In this document: positions 18,258 through 28,399 of the stretch, in pieces
Position numbering within the stretch: position 1 is the first letter of the stretch
How the letters are laid out: each line of letters opens with the position of its first letter
DNA from: Capsulimonadaceae bacterium
GTDB lineage: Bacteria > Armatimonadota > Armatimonadia > Armatimonadales > Capsulimonadaceae
Assembly (NCBI GenBank): GCA_965215505.1
Contig: OZ244065.1
Span: 2,080,001-2,144,000, forward strand
Length of the DNA stretch: 64,000 nucleotides
Reading direction: 5' to 3'
The notes under the pieces: generated by a model
The model's input: only the letters and a program-made list of their open reading frames with translations
Database searches by the model: none
What the model was told of the DNA's origin: nothing
Translations under genes and position numbers: made by a program

Positions 18258-21200
18258 GCGTCGTCCGGACGGCGGACGTTGGCTGGGTCAGAGGGCTGGC
18301 CCCGACGGGGTGGCTCAGGGTCACGGCCCCGGCGAAGCCGCCGACGGCGTCCTGGGTGGGGTTGCCGGTCGCCGGGGTGCTGACGTCCACCTCGAAGACC
18401 TCGCCGCCGAGGCGGGTCGGGGCGGTCGAGCCGGGCGCGCGGGCCAATTCGCCCTGGCTGTACGACTGCGTGATGAGATACCGCTCGATGTGGCTGGAGC
18501 CAGGCTTGTTCGTCTCGTCGTCGTTGAGCCGCTGTACGCAGGTCGGCACGAAAGGGATGGGCGGAATCGCCGGGATGTTCCCGTTCGCCACGGCCCCGTT
18601 GCGGAGCGGCAGGTTCCCCTGGAAGTCGGCGGAGACGGCGTTTGCGCCCACGCTCATATTCCGGTAGTCGGCCTGCGTGAAAGCGAGGCCATAGGAAACC
18701 GGGGTCGTCGTGCCCGTGTAGACCAAGTCGAACGCGCCGTTGCTGTCGGCATACAGGAAGCTGTAGGCGTAGTTCGCGGCCGTCGCGGGCACCCCCTGCG
18801 GCGGCGCGTAGATGTGCAGGAAGCGCGGGTTGCGGACGGGCAATGTCTGCGACCCGGCCGTCGTGTTGGCGGTGTACGAGGTCGCCACATAGATGAGGTC
18901 GTTGGTCGCCGCGCTGTAAGGTGTGGGCGAAGTCGGGCGGTTGAAGGCCACGATGCTGCCGCCCGGCGCGTCCGCGCTGGCGGCGGCGAGCTGGCCGCCG
19001 ACGGGCTGGGCGAGGCGCGTGTTGGTGACCAGAGCGAACACTCTAATGATGTCCGCCGTGTTCGCCGAGCCACTCGGGATGTCCAGGTAGGACGCGCCCG
19101 AGTACTGGTAGCGGCGGCCGGACACGTCGCCGGTGTGCGTCACCCAGGTCAGCAGGTGGTCGTGGGTGACGGAGCCGGGCGAGCCGGGTGCGACGACAAC
19201 TGCGGGGGTGGCAGTGTTGAAGTACAGAAGGTTGCCGGCGGCGTCCAGCGCGTCCGTGACCTCCACGATGCGGTTGTTGCCGGTGTCGGCGACGAGGTAA
19301 TGCACGAGTTGGCCGGTGAGCGGCTGCTGGTTGCCGGGGTTCGTTACGGTGCCGGGGTCCGCGTACTGGAAGAACTCCCGGCGGACTTCGACGCTGGTCG
19401 GCTGGCTCAGGGAGTAGGGCTGCCCAGGGGCCATCAGGCCGCTGGGGTCGTAGAAGCGGGTTAGCTCCCAGATGACGTTGGCCCCCCGGTCGAAGCGGAC
19501 GCAGCGGTTATTGCCGGTGTCGGCGACGAGGTAGTCGTTCGGGGCGAACTGGGCCAGGCCGGACGGGTGGGCGAAATCCACCTTCGTACTGGAGCCGTTC
19601 GCGCCCAGGCGCGTGGTGGCGTCGGCGGACCAGACGGCGTTGCCGTCGGCGTCCGCCTCCAGGATGCGGTTGTTGTCGGCGATCAAGGTGAGCTGCTGGT
19701 TGAAGGCGGCCACGCCCGTCGAGCCGTTGACCACCATCGCGCCGCCGCCCGCGCTGGGCGCGGCGGCGACGGTCCCGACGTTCAGATAGGTCCCGCCCGG
19801 CCCCGTCCCCAGGGGGGACTTCCGTATCGTCAGTGCGGCCACTTTGCCCGCCCCGATGGTGGGAGTGGCGGGCAGCTTGTAGAGCGTGTTGTACGCGACA
19901 CTGCCGCCCCCACTGTCGCACAGGAGGAGGGTGCTGCCGGCCTTGCTCACGCCGGAGATCGAGCCGTTGACCAGGAACGTCGTGTACCAAGAAAGGTTGG
20001 TGTGGAAGTACATCCACGTCGCCGTCCCGCCGTTCGGCCCGGAGGGGGTGGCGGTGAAGGGCTGCGGCTCGCACAGGTTTCCGGCGATCTGCCGGCTGCC
20101 GCCGCTGCCGCGCCCGAAGTTGAAGACGCTCGCGAGGTTCCCCGCCGTCGTGATCTGCCCGTAGCGGCCCGCGCCGCGTCCGGGGTTCGGGATGGCGACC
20201 AGCGGGTTCTGCGGGTTCCCCGTGGACTCGTCAAGCTGGAAGTAGCGCGACTGGGTCGCGTCGAAGTTGACGGGATTGCCCGGCGGGTTCGCCGTGACCT
20301 CCTGATCGCCGCTGAAGGCCAGTATGGCGGCAGTAGTGCCGTTCTGGGCGGCGACGTAGACGTTGCCCTGGCCGTCCACGACGGGAGCGCCGACGAAGTG
20401 ATAGCCGGTCAGGCTGTTGAGCGTACCGTCGGCCTTCGTGGAAGGGTCATTGTAGTTGACGTTGTCGGCATCGAATGCATTCCCAGGGGTCCCCCAGTTT
20501 GGCCCGCTCCCTGTCGGGTTGACGGTGCTTGAATCGTTAGGCTGCGGGAGCCGGAAGCGGAACTTGATGCGGACGTTGCGCTGCGCGATGTCGTCATGGA
20601 CGCCGAACAGGTAGCTGTCCGCGCCCGCGTTGACGACGTAGTAATAGTCACCGTGCCGGTCAATCGCCGGGGCGGAGAGGATGGACCCGCCCCCCTGCGT
20701 GTTGGACAGGCTCAGAGCCTTGATCTCGTGCAGGGTCAGCCCCGCCTGCGGGTTGCCGCCCTGGGTGGTACTCTGGAGGAAATCGGCGTCCCAGTCCCCG
20801 AAGTAGTCGTCCACGTTCGCGGGCAGGTTGTTGGAGGCGAAGACGGGGTCTCGGCTGCCACTGACGGCCACCACATTGTTACCGTTGCTGTCGTAGGCCC
20901 GGCCCACCGGGACGGAGGCTATGTCTATGAACAGGTTGAACAGGCTGTACCGGGCGAGCCGGTTGACGTTGAAGCCCGAGAACTGGCCGTTCGGCGAGTA
21001 CAGGCTCAGGGGGTCGTTGCGCGCGCCCAGCAGGACCGTGTTCATGTTCAGGGTCGTCGGCACCAGGGCGATGATGCTGTTGGAAACCGGGCCGCTGTCC
21101 AGAACGCTGACGGCGGGCGAGGCGGTGGCGGACGCGGTGCTGTTCTGGCCCCCCGCCGTCGGGTCAACGGGGACGATCACGCCGCCGCTGGCACTGCCGC

Positions 21201-22755
21201 CGCCCAGGCCGATGACAAACATCGTTCCATCCGGCTGACCGGCGTAGATGCGGCCACCGTAGTAGGTCGGTGCCGGGGCATGGCCACTGAAGAGGGTCGT
21301 TCCAGGGGCGGTGTACGTCTTCACAGGTGCCGCATTGGCAGTCGAGTTGAGGTTGCTGAACTGCTGGACACTGCCGTTGGCCGTTTCCACGAAGACGTAG
21401 GTCGCACCGCCGTAGGTCGCCACCGTCGGCGCGGAGGCACCCGCAGTTGCACCGGTACTCCAGATTTCGTCGTAGGGCGTCGGCGCTGCACTGCCGAAGT
21501 CTGCGATGCCGTCATCGGCAGAGGGCAGGGGGACAGGATAGCCCGTCAGTGCTTCGCCGGGGATGGCATCGAAGGCATGCAGGATGCCGGTCGAGTCCGT
21601 GACATAGATGTAGTTGCCGTAGATAGCCGCGGCGGGCGGGGCCAGTGAGGAAGCCGTGGCATTGGTCGGCTGGTACGACCAGGCCGAAGTGAAGGACGCC
21701 GAACTCGGGCCGGCGGCGTTCTGGTGGCTGGTCTTGTTCTCCGACGGGTGCGTGTCCTCCCACGAGATCACGTTGGACAGGAACTTGAGGTCCGCCGGGG
21801 ACGCGGCGGCGAAGCCGGGGGTGCCCGGCGCGGCCCCGAAGGTCGCCGCCCCGCCCGCGAGGTTCACATGCGGCCCGACATCCAGGGCGCTGACGACGAT
21901 CTGGCCCGCCCCGACCTGTGCGGCGGAGACGGCCGGATTGCTGGGCGCTGCTTGGGCCGCTCCCGTCGTCGCGGTGCGGTACAGGGCGGCACCGAACAGG
22001 TTGGCGTAGTCGCCGGTGCCGGTAATTGTCCCGTAGACGCTGCCATTTGCGTCGTTGTAGGTCCCCAAAGCAAACGGGTAGTTCGGGTTTGAGGGCCACA
22101 GGGGGAACGGCTGGGAGACGACGGGATGCTCGAAGAGCAGGGAGGCACTCGGGAGGACCAGCGTCACGTTCGGGTCGGCGGCGGTCGTCCAGCTCGCACC
22201 CCCGAACAGGGGCAGAGTACCCACCGGGCCGCCGTACTCGACGATGAGCTGGCCGCCGCCGTCCACGAACCGGCGAAGCTTCTCATTGTCGGCGGGCAGG
22301 AATCCCGCCGCATAGTTGGTTGAGGAGGCGTGCAGGTACAGCACGTCGAACTGCTGGAGGTCATCGGCGGACACATCCCGCAGCGCCACTTCCCAGTAGG
22401 AGGCCATTGAGGGGGTGAGACTGGCACCCGCCGCATACGCCCCGGCCTGCCCGTTCCACCGGTCGCTCATGGCGGCGCTGACCGTACTCTGGGCGAGCGG
22501 GTTGACGAAGGTCCAGCCGACCGGTTTGACGTCCTGACGCTGGTTCAGGACATAGAACACGAACGGCGCGGGGTCAACGGCGGTCCGGTCAGACGCGGAG
22601 CCGACGAACAGCACGCCCGCATTGATGGTGCGCTGCCGGGCGTTGTAGGTGTAGGCGGCGGCCCGGACGGTGCGGGCGGGCATGAGCCAGAGCAAAGCCG
22701 CCGTCAGCGCCGACAGCAGGAGGAGACACCGCTTGTTGTTCGAGAGGCGAAACAT
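18253..22755 (-). CDS. Secreted 1500-aa protein: DUF4159/GATase-like N-domain, PQQ-like propeller, NHL-like repeats
   Basis: Signal peptide. LQQFDVLYLH...LRRFVDGGGQLIVE. Blades such as YIYVTDSTGILHAFD and RIYAGQPDG. YLVADTGNNR occurs twice. Confidence 0.8.
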   Translation of the reverse strand: MFRLSNNKRCLLLLSALTAALLWLMPARTVRAAAYTYNARQRTINAGVLFVGSASDRTAVDPAPFVFYVLNQRQDVKPVGWTFVNPLAQSTVSAAMSDRWNGQAGAYAAGASLTPSMASYWEVALRDVSADDLQQFDVLYLHASSTNYAAGFLPADNEKLRRFVDGGGQLIVEYGGPVGTLPLFGGASWTTAADPNVTLVLPSASLLFEHPVVSQPFPLWPSNPNYPFALGTYNDANGSVYGTITGTGDYANLFGAALYRTATTGAAQAAPSNPAVSAAQVGAGQIVVSALDVGPHVNLAGGAATFGAAPGTPGFAAASPADLKFLSNVISWEDTHPSENKTSHQNAAGPSSASFTSAWSYQPTNATASSLAPPAAAIYGNYIYVTDSTGILHAFDAIPGEALTGYPVPLPSADDGIADFGSAAPTPYDEIWSTGATAGASAPTVATYGGATYVFVETANGSVQQFSNLNSTANAAPVKTYTAPGTTLFSGHAPAPTYYGGRIYAGQPDGTMFVIGLGGGSASGGVIVPVDPTAGGQNSTASATASPAVSVLDSGPVSNSIIALVPTTLNMNTVLLGARNDPLSLYSPNGQFSGFNVNRLARYSLFNLFIDIASVPVGRAYDSNGNNVVAVSGSRDPVFASNNLPANVDDYFGDWDADFLQSTTQGGNPQAGLTLHEIKALSLSNTQGGGSILSAPAIDRHGDYYYVVNAGADSYLFGVHDDIAQRNVRIKFRFRLPQPNDSSTVNPTGSGPNWGTPGNAFDADNVNYNDPSTKADGTLNSLTGYHFVGAPVVDGQGNVYVAAQNGTTAAILAFSGDQEVTANPPGNPVNFDATQSRYFQLDESTGNPQNPLVAIPNPGRGAGRYGQITTAGNLASVFNFGRGSGGSRQIAGNLCEPQPFTATPSGPNGGTATWMYFHTNLSWYTTFLVNGSISGVSKAGSTLLLCDSGGGSVAYNTLYKLPATPTIGAGKVAALTIRKSPLGTGPGGTYLNVGTVAAAPSAGGGAMVVNGSTGVAAFNQQLTLIADNNRILEADADGNAVWSADATTRLGANGSSTKVDFAHPSGLAQFAPNDYLVADTGNNRCVRFDRGANVIWELTRFYDPSGLMAPGQPYSLSQPTSVEVRREFFQYADPGTVTNPGNQQPLTGQLVHYLVADTGNNRIVEVTDALDAAGNLLYFNTATPAVVVAPGSPGSVTHDHLLTWVTHTGDVSGRRYQYSGASYLDIPSGSANTADIIRVFALVTNTRLAQPVGGQLAAASADAPGGSIVAFNRPTSPTPYSAATNDLIYVATSYTANTTAGSQTLPVRNPRFLHIYAPPQGVPATAANYAYSFLYADSNGAFDLVYTGTTTPVSYGLAFTQADYRNMSVGANAVSADFQGNLPLRNGAVANGNIPAIPPIPFVPTCVQRLNDDETNKPGSSHIERYLITQSYSQGELARAPGSTAPTRLGGEVFEVDVSTPATGNPTQDAVGGFAGAVTLSHPVGASPLTQPTSAVRTTQ

Positions 22756-22860
22756 AAGAAGAACCCCCTAGCCCCCATTTCTGGGGGGATAGGAAACGAA
22801 AAGCCGAGAAGAAGTGATGACAGGTGGGACGCGCCCGCGCCGGGCGGCTGCCAGACCGGG

Positions 22861-25800
22861 CTACTGCAAGAGCGGCGGCTCGCTGCTCTGGCCCGCGAAC
22901 AGCAGGGCAGTCGAGACGGGCAGTTTGGGCGAGAACGGCAGGGGCCGGCCATACGGGTCGCTCCGCAGATAGTGGGCCTGGGTGGTGACCGAGCCGACCG
23001 TGGTCTGCGGGGCATACGGGTAGCCCGCCTGCGGGTTATAGATGATCTGGAGGCCGATGCCCGGCTTGCCGCCGGGGTTGCCGTTAGCGTCCCGGAGCAG
23101 GTGCCCCGCCGACTCCAGAGACGTACCGCCTCCGGCCGACGCCAGCGCGTGGTAGCCGTGGAACTGCGGTATCCAGCCCCACTTGAGCATCCACGCGGTC
23201 TGGTCGGCCACGTCCACCGGCTGCGCCTCGGAAACGGCCCCGTCAATGATGATCTTCATGTCAATCGGCTGCCCGTAGAACGGGAAGTGCGAGTCGGCGT
23301 AGTTCGCCCGCTGCCCGCCCGGATTGGCAGTTGTCACGGTCGGCGCGAACAGGTCCAGGCCGTCCGAGGTGTCGTTGTTAAACCAGTTGCCGGGGATGAC
23401 GAAGAACGAGCCGGTCTGGGCGTACAGGACCGCCTCGATCCGGACGTCCATCGGCAGGATCGCCACCCGCCTCAGATTCAGGTCCTGGGCGGCGGTCGGG
23501 TCGAGGCGCGTCACCAGCAGGCGCGTGTCGCTCCCCACGAGGGAGTTCAGGGCGGTGGACGTCGGGATGCTGTAGTCCACGACGCCGGGATTGGTGAGGT
23601 CGAGGAACTGGAGGCCCGGCAGGGGCGCGAGCGGCGGGCTGCCCGTGAGGCTGCCGGCATCGAAGGACGGGGTATAGACCGCCGTGTTGCCCGCTCCGTC
23701 CAAGGCAAAGGGAAGGACGCCCGCACCGCTCACCGGCGGGCGGATGCTGTAGCCGGTCACCGGGTTCACGATGTCGAAGTCGGCCAGGGTCAGGCCGGTG
23801 TCCCCCGGCTCGGCGCTGACATACAGGCCCAGCGAGTTGCCGCCATAGGCGTTGCTGGGAGTGACCCCGCTGGGCAGGCCGAAGTTGATCTCCTGGATGA
23901 GCTGCCGCTCGTCCTGGCCCAGGGTCACATGGTCCCCGGTGGCGGTCGGCGCGGACGTGCCGAGCGGGTTGTCGTCGGACTTCGGCCCGGCCAGGAACTG
24001 CGTCGTGTTGACGCACACATAGTCGTGGGCCAGGACGGTGATGGTCGTGTCCGGGTTGCCTTTCAGCAGGCTGCCGTCAATGTACGCCGTCCCGTTCGTC
24101 ACGATGGTGATGTGGCGCGGGTACTTGTCCCCGGCCAGCAGCGTCGTGTCCTGGCTGGTCGGGTCAGCGCTGCCGACGCCGTGGATGCGCGCGTTGCCTT
24201 CGGCGTGGATCAAGACGTCATTGTCCGGGTTCAGCCCCTTGTAGTTCGTCGTCTCGGTCGCCGGGTCATTGCTGGCGTTGATGTCGTCATAGAGTACCGT
24301 TTGGCTCCCGGCGCTGCCCGCCGTGCCGTCCGGGTTGGGGAACTTGTCGTCGGTCAGGGTCATCCGAATGCCGTAGGTAGAAGCGTATTTGTGCTTCGTC
24401 TGGTCTACGTTCATGCGCCCCAGGGTGATGTTGACGCCCGGCGGGTCGTAGAACTGGCCGTTCCAGCCGCCCTTGCCGTTCCCCTTGTCCGCGTTCTCGG
24501 GCGTGTCGTTAAGCCACTGGTCCACCAGGGTGCTGCCGCCGCCGATGGAGACGCTGTTGGGCTGGATGTCGTTCGGGTTGTTGATATAAATGCTCTGACC
24601 ATAGCCAAACTTGCCCGACCCGGCGGGATATGTCTGGGTCGCGCCCGCGCTGTCCACATAGGTGCGCGGCGGCGAGGTCATGGCGATGGCCTTGTAGCGC
24701 GGGAGCTGCGAGGACGACTCGACGGTGTCCATGCGCGGCGGCTCCAGCCGCCCGATGCTGCGCGGCTGGCCAGCGGCATCGGTCTGCGAGGAGCCGTCCC
24801 GGACGAGGCCGTTTACGGTGCTGAAGCCGCCGTTGCTGCCCGCGCCGCCCGTGTCGTTACTGGGCACCACGAACAGGTTGAAAGTCGGCGTGGCCGGAGC
24901 CGTCGGCGCAGGGTTTGCCGTCAGCTTGGTTAGGTCAACCGGGTTGATCTCCACCGAGGCCCGCTGGCCCTGCGTGGCACCAGTGTTGGTCGTGAAGAGG
25001 GGCTGACCCTGCGTGTAGCCGTTCAACAACAGATCGCCCGCGACTTCAAGGCCGTCCTGATAGAGCGGCGCATCCACACCCGCATTGTTCAGGTAAAACA
25101 GGTTCTTGCCGAAGAAGCGTACCGGCATGTTCGCGTGGAACGAGCCGCCGCCCGCGATAAACTTGGGCGTGGAGGACGTATCAATAAATGTCCTGGCCCC
25201 CGCCTGCGGGTTAGGAATGACCTGGCCGCTGCCGGGAACGACCTGATACGCATCCGCCGCCCCGTAGGTGGTGAAGATCGGGTAGATGTGAGGTAGCGGG
25301 AAGCCATTCGCAACAGGATTGCCGCTCCCATCCACCAGGATGGGGGTATTCGGGTTGGCCGGGTCTACGAAGAAGTCATACGCGCCCGCCGTGGCGATCC
25401 CGCCGTCAGTGTCCTGGGCGTAGAACCGGCTGGTGACGCCCATGTCCGCCGTCGTCGAGCGGTTGTCCGGGTTGGTTTCAAACCGGGCATAGTCGGTGAT
25501 GCCGATGGGCTGGTAGGCCACCTGATACGACTGCAAGCGGTCCGAGCTGCGGTTGTTGCCGTAGGTGGTGGGGTCGCGCGGGTCGATCACGCCTTCGCGG
25601 CCGATGGACTCGATCTTGATGTACTTGCCCGGCGGGATGGCGACGGGGGCACCGCTGCCGAACACGGGGTCATAGTAAGGGCTGGTCGCCGAGGTCCGGA
25701 CGAGAACCGGGGTGTAGGTGAGACGCAGCAGGAAGCGGCCCGCGCCGGTGTTGTAGCGCGCGAACCCTGCCTCCAGATATTTGGCATCCGGGTCGGTTGG

Positions 25801-26178
25801 GTCGGGTGCGGACAGTCCGTTGGCGGCCACGGCGTTGGTATAGCGGGCCAGTTCGCGCTGCTCGGTCGGCGGGGTCAGCAGGGTGTTCTGGAGCGGCGGA
25901 CGCCAGTCCGCGCCGTCCATGCTGTTGGTGAGCTGGGCGTCGGCGAACGTGATCCCCGCCTTGGCGTACTGGTCGGCGGTGACGGTGCGGGCGGAATGAC
26001 GGGCGTTCAGCAGGTTGCGGGCGACGATGGTGACGAACAGCGCCCCGGCCAGCCCCAGCAGCAGCAGCACCAGCAGGGCGATGACGATGGACTGGCCGCG
26101 CCGCAGGGCGCGGCGTCGGGCGGGGCCGCGCCGGCGGGTGGGTTTTGCAGGGAACATCGTTGTTTGTGCTTGATGCAT
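22861..26178 (-). CDS. Giant PilX/GspK-like minor pilin (1105 aa)
   Basis: RRG|QSIVIALLVLLLLGLAGALF: class III signal lacking Glu5, followed by A..YAKAGITFA, typical of PilX N-termini. Confidence 0.75.
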   Translation of the reverse strand: MHQAQTTMFPAKPTRRRGPARRRALRRGQSIVIALLVLLLLGLAGALFVTIVARNLLNARHSARTVTADQYAKAGITFADAQLTNSMDGADWRPPLQNTLLTPPTEQRELARYTNAVAANGLSAPDPTDPDAKYLEAGFARYNTGAGRFLLRLTYTPVLVRTSATSPYYDPVFGSGAPVAIPPGKYIKIESIGREGVIDPRDPTTYGNNRSSDRLQSYQVAYQPIGITDYARFETNPDNRSTTADMGVTSRFYAQDTDGGIATAGAYDFFVDPANPNTPILVDGSGNPVANGFPLPHIYPIFTTYGAADAYQVVPGSGQVIPNPQAGARTFIDTSSTPKFIAGGGSFHANMPVRFFGKNLFYLNNAGVDAPLYQDGLEVAGDLLLNGYTQGQPLFTTNTGATQGQRASVEINPVDLTKLTANPAPTAPATPTFNLFVVPSNDTGGAGSNGGFSTVNGLVRDGSSQTDAAGQPRSIGRLEPPRMDTVESSSQLPRYKAIAMTSPPRTYVDSAGATQTYPAGSGKFGYGQSIYINNPNDIQPNSVSIGGGSTLVDQWLNDTPENADKGNGKGGWNGQFYDPPGVNITLGRMNVDQTKHKYASTYGIRMTLTDDKFPNPDGTAGSAGSQTVLYDDINASNDPATETTNYKGLNPDNDVLIHAEGNARIHGVGSADPTSQDTTLLAGDKYPRHITIVTNGTAYIDGSLLKGNPDTTITVLAHDYVCVNTTQFLAGPKSDDNPLGTSAPTATGDHVTLGQDERQLIQEINFGLPSGVTPSNAYGGNSLGLYVSAEPGDTGLTLADFDIVNPVTGYSIRPPVSGAGVLPFALDGAGNTAVYTPSFDAGSLTGSPPLAPLPGLQFLDLTNPGVVDYSIPTSTALNSLVGSDTRLLVTRLDPTAAQDLNLRRVAILPMDVRIEAVLYAQTGSFFVIPGNWFNNDTSDGLDLFAPTVTTANPGGQRANYADSHFPFYGQPIDMKIIIDGAVSEAQPVDVADQTAWMLKWGWIPQFHGYHALASAGGGTSLESAGHLLRDANGNPGGKPGIGLQIIYNPQAGYPYAPQTTVGSVTTQAHYLRSDPYGRPLPFSPKLPVSTALLFAGQSSEPPLLQ

Positions 26179-26196
26179 GGTGTGCTTGGAGGGGCC

Positions 26197-28398
26197 TTAC
26201 CCCCGGTTGCTGTTGCCGATCTTGATCTTGGTCTCGCTCGGGATGACCTGCGCCCGGTTGTTGGAGATGTCGTAGATGCGGACGCCGATGCTCACATCAA
26301 TCAGGTCGCGCGTCTGATAATCCACCTTCACCTGCATCGGCAGGTAGGTATTGTCGGCAACGGGGGGACTTGCGTTGGTCTGGCCGTAGGAATACGGCTT
26401 CGTCGGGTCCATCAGCGCCATATTAGATTGGTAGTCGTAAACGACCACGATCTGCTTGGTGGCGCTCGTTGAGGCCGGCTGTATCAGTGCCAAGGCTTCC
26501 GGGGAGACTTTAATCGTGTTGGCGGAGTAATCCACATAGTACTGGTTGCCCGTGACGTCCGCGACCGAGTTCACCGGCGTGTAGGGCACGACCTGTCCGT
26601 TGCCCGGCCCCGATGTCGTGTCCGGCCCGGTCACGCGAATGCCGCCGGGGATGATGTGCGCGTTCCTGACGCCCGTTTGGCCGGTGGCACCGGGGGCAAA
26701 TTGCAAGTTCGTCAGCGGCGAGTCCGTGAGCTGAACAGGGTTCGACGCGGGCTTTGTCAGGTCAATCAGGCCGGTCGGGTCTACGCCGCCCAGGTTAGGG
26801 TTGGCGGGGTCCAGGACCGGATAGGGCCAGTTACGGTTGTTCCGACTGGTCGGCCCGCTGGGGAAGGACGGCGTGCCGAAGATCAGCGTGCCGGTGTCGG
26901 GGTTGACCGTCAGCGGGACGAAGTCGGTGCCGCCCAGTTTGTAAGCGCCGGAGCCAGCATCTTGCAGCGGGTAGCCTTTCGAGATGTTGTAGACCAGCGT
27001 GGTCGTCGCGCCGCCGCTCGTGTGGCTGAACTCCAGGAGGTCGCCGGCCGAGTAGAGCGGCGGGCTGTTGACCGTATCGTTGATGGACGAGATCTGCGTG
27101 TCGTAATACTCCTGGGTCCCGTTGTAGTTGCCGGGGTACAGGCTGACATGGTACGGCAAAGCCCAGGACTTGCCGGCCGACGTGTAGGTGGTCGGGACAT
27201 AGCCATAGCCCGTGGTGCCGTCGAGCGTCGGCAAGGCCTGATTATTAGCGTCCGCGGTCGTCCCCGGCGTGGCGTCGCCGCTGACGGTCCCCGCGCGGAA
27301 CGTCACGCTGGTATTGACGATGGGATAATCCTTGTTGCCGACGGGATCATGGGCCGAGCCGCTGTGGGCGATGCCGGGGAACGCCTGGGTCGCGGTGTCA
27401 TAGACCAGCGTGTTGTTCGCGTTGTGCGGCAGCAGGATCAGATCAATGTTCGGGCCGGGGATGACGGGCTTTGCGATAGAGCGCCACATCTCGACCCGAT
27501 TGTTGTGCTGGGCGGCGGAGCCAGGTGTTCCTGTCGTGCCAATGGCATCTTGTGCGCCGAAAGCACCATGAGCATCGTCCAGCCAGTTTACGTCAGTAGG
27601 CTTCACATAGCGAAAAAAGTCAGGGTCGTCCAACTCAGGAACCTTATTGCCGTTCGCATCGACCTTCGTTCCCGTCGCAAACAGTTGGGTGTTCGCTTGC
27701 TGAGTCACTTTTCCAGTAACTGGGTCTGTCACGCTTTTGTAAGGCTGGAACTGTGCGCGGTACAGAATATATGTATTGTCATTGCCGTTGGACTTCGCCT
27801 CGCGCACGTTGTTGTATGGTACGGAAGGATCTTTGAGGCCGACCCAGTAGCGCGTCACGGTCGTACCGGCGGCAAGGGGAAAGACGAAAGCGGGGTCGCT
27901 GATGATCGCCGAGCCGTTCTGCGACTGCCGGTAGGTGATCGGCTCCCCTGTGGTCGGATCAATCTGCGTCGCCGAAGAGGAAACCGACTTCGGCTGGGCG
28001 AAGTCCAGCTTGCAGGCATAGGCGTGGGCGATGGTGGACGTGTAGGCCCCGGTGGCAGGGACGATGCCCGGTATCTCCAGGTCCAGGAAGTTCGTATAGC
28101 GGTCGTCGCCGGGCTGGGGCTGGTTCGCGGTGACGAACGGGTGGGAGGTGCCGTCGAAGACGAACAGGGCGCTGCCCAGCTCGCGCGTCAGCCGCTCCCG
28201 CGTGGACCGGGCTGCGTCCTGGGCGGCCGTGATGATCTGGGCCTGCTGCGTGTAGCGGATGGCACTGACGAGCGGGACCAGGAGCAGGGCGAACAGGACG
28301 GCGGTCAGGCCGATGACGATCAGCAGCTCGATGAGCGTGAAGGCCCGTTCCATGGACGCTTTCGGCTGCGGACGAACGGTTGTGTTCATAGCGTTCAT
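26197..28398 (-). CDS. Giant PilW/GspJ-like minor pilin (733 aa)
   Basis: RA|FTLIELLIVIGLTAVLF N-methylation motif, AQDAAR...RLTREL helix. Confidence 0.8.
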   Translation of the reverse strand: MNAMNTTVRPQPKASMERAFTLIELLIVIGLTAVLFALLLVPLVSAIRYTQQAQIITAAQDAARSTRERLTRELGSALFVFDGTSHPFVTANQPQPGDDRYTNFLDLEIPGIVPATGAYTSTIAHAYACKLDFAQPKSVSSSATQIDPTTGEPITYRQSQNGSAIISDPAFVFPLAAGTTVTRYWVGLKDPSVPYNNVREAKSNGNDNTYILYRAQFQPYKSVTDPVTGKVTQQANTQLFATGTKVDANGNKVPELDDPDFFRYVKPTDVNWLDDAHGAFGAQDAIGTTGTPGSAAQHNNRVEMWRSIAKPVIPGPNIDLILLPHNANNTLVYDTATQAFPGIAHSGSAHDPVGNKDYPIVNTSVTFRAGTVSGDATPGTTADANNQALPTLDGTTGYGYVPTTYTSAGKSWALPYHVSLYPGNYNGTQEYYDTQISSINDTVNSPPLYSAGDLLEFSHTSGGATTTLVYNISKGYPLQDAGSGAYKLGGTDFVPLTVNPDTGTLIFGTPSFPSGPTSRNNRNWPYPVLDPANPNLGGVDPTGLIDLTKPASNPVQLTDSPLTNLQFAPGATGQTGVRNAHIIPGGIRVTGPDTTSGPGNGQVVPYTPVNSVADVTGNQYYVDYSANTIKVSPEALALIQPASTSATKQIVVVYDYQSNMALMDPTKPYSYGQTNASPPVADNTYLPMQVKVDYQTRDLIDVSIGVRIYDISNNRAQVIPSETKIKIGNSNRG

Positions 28399-28399
28399 G

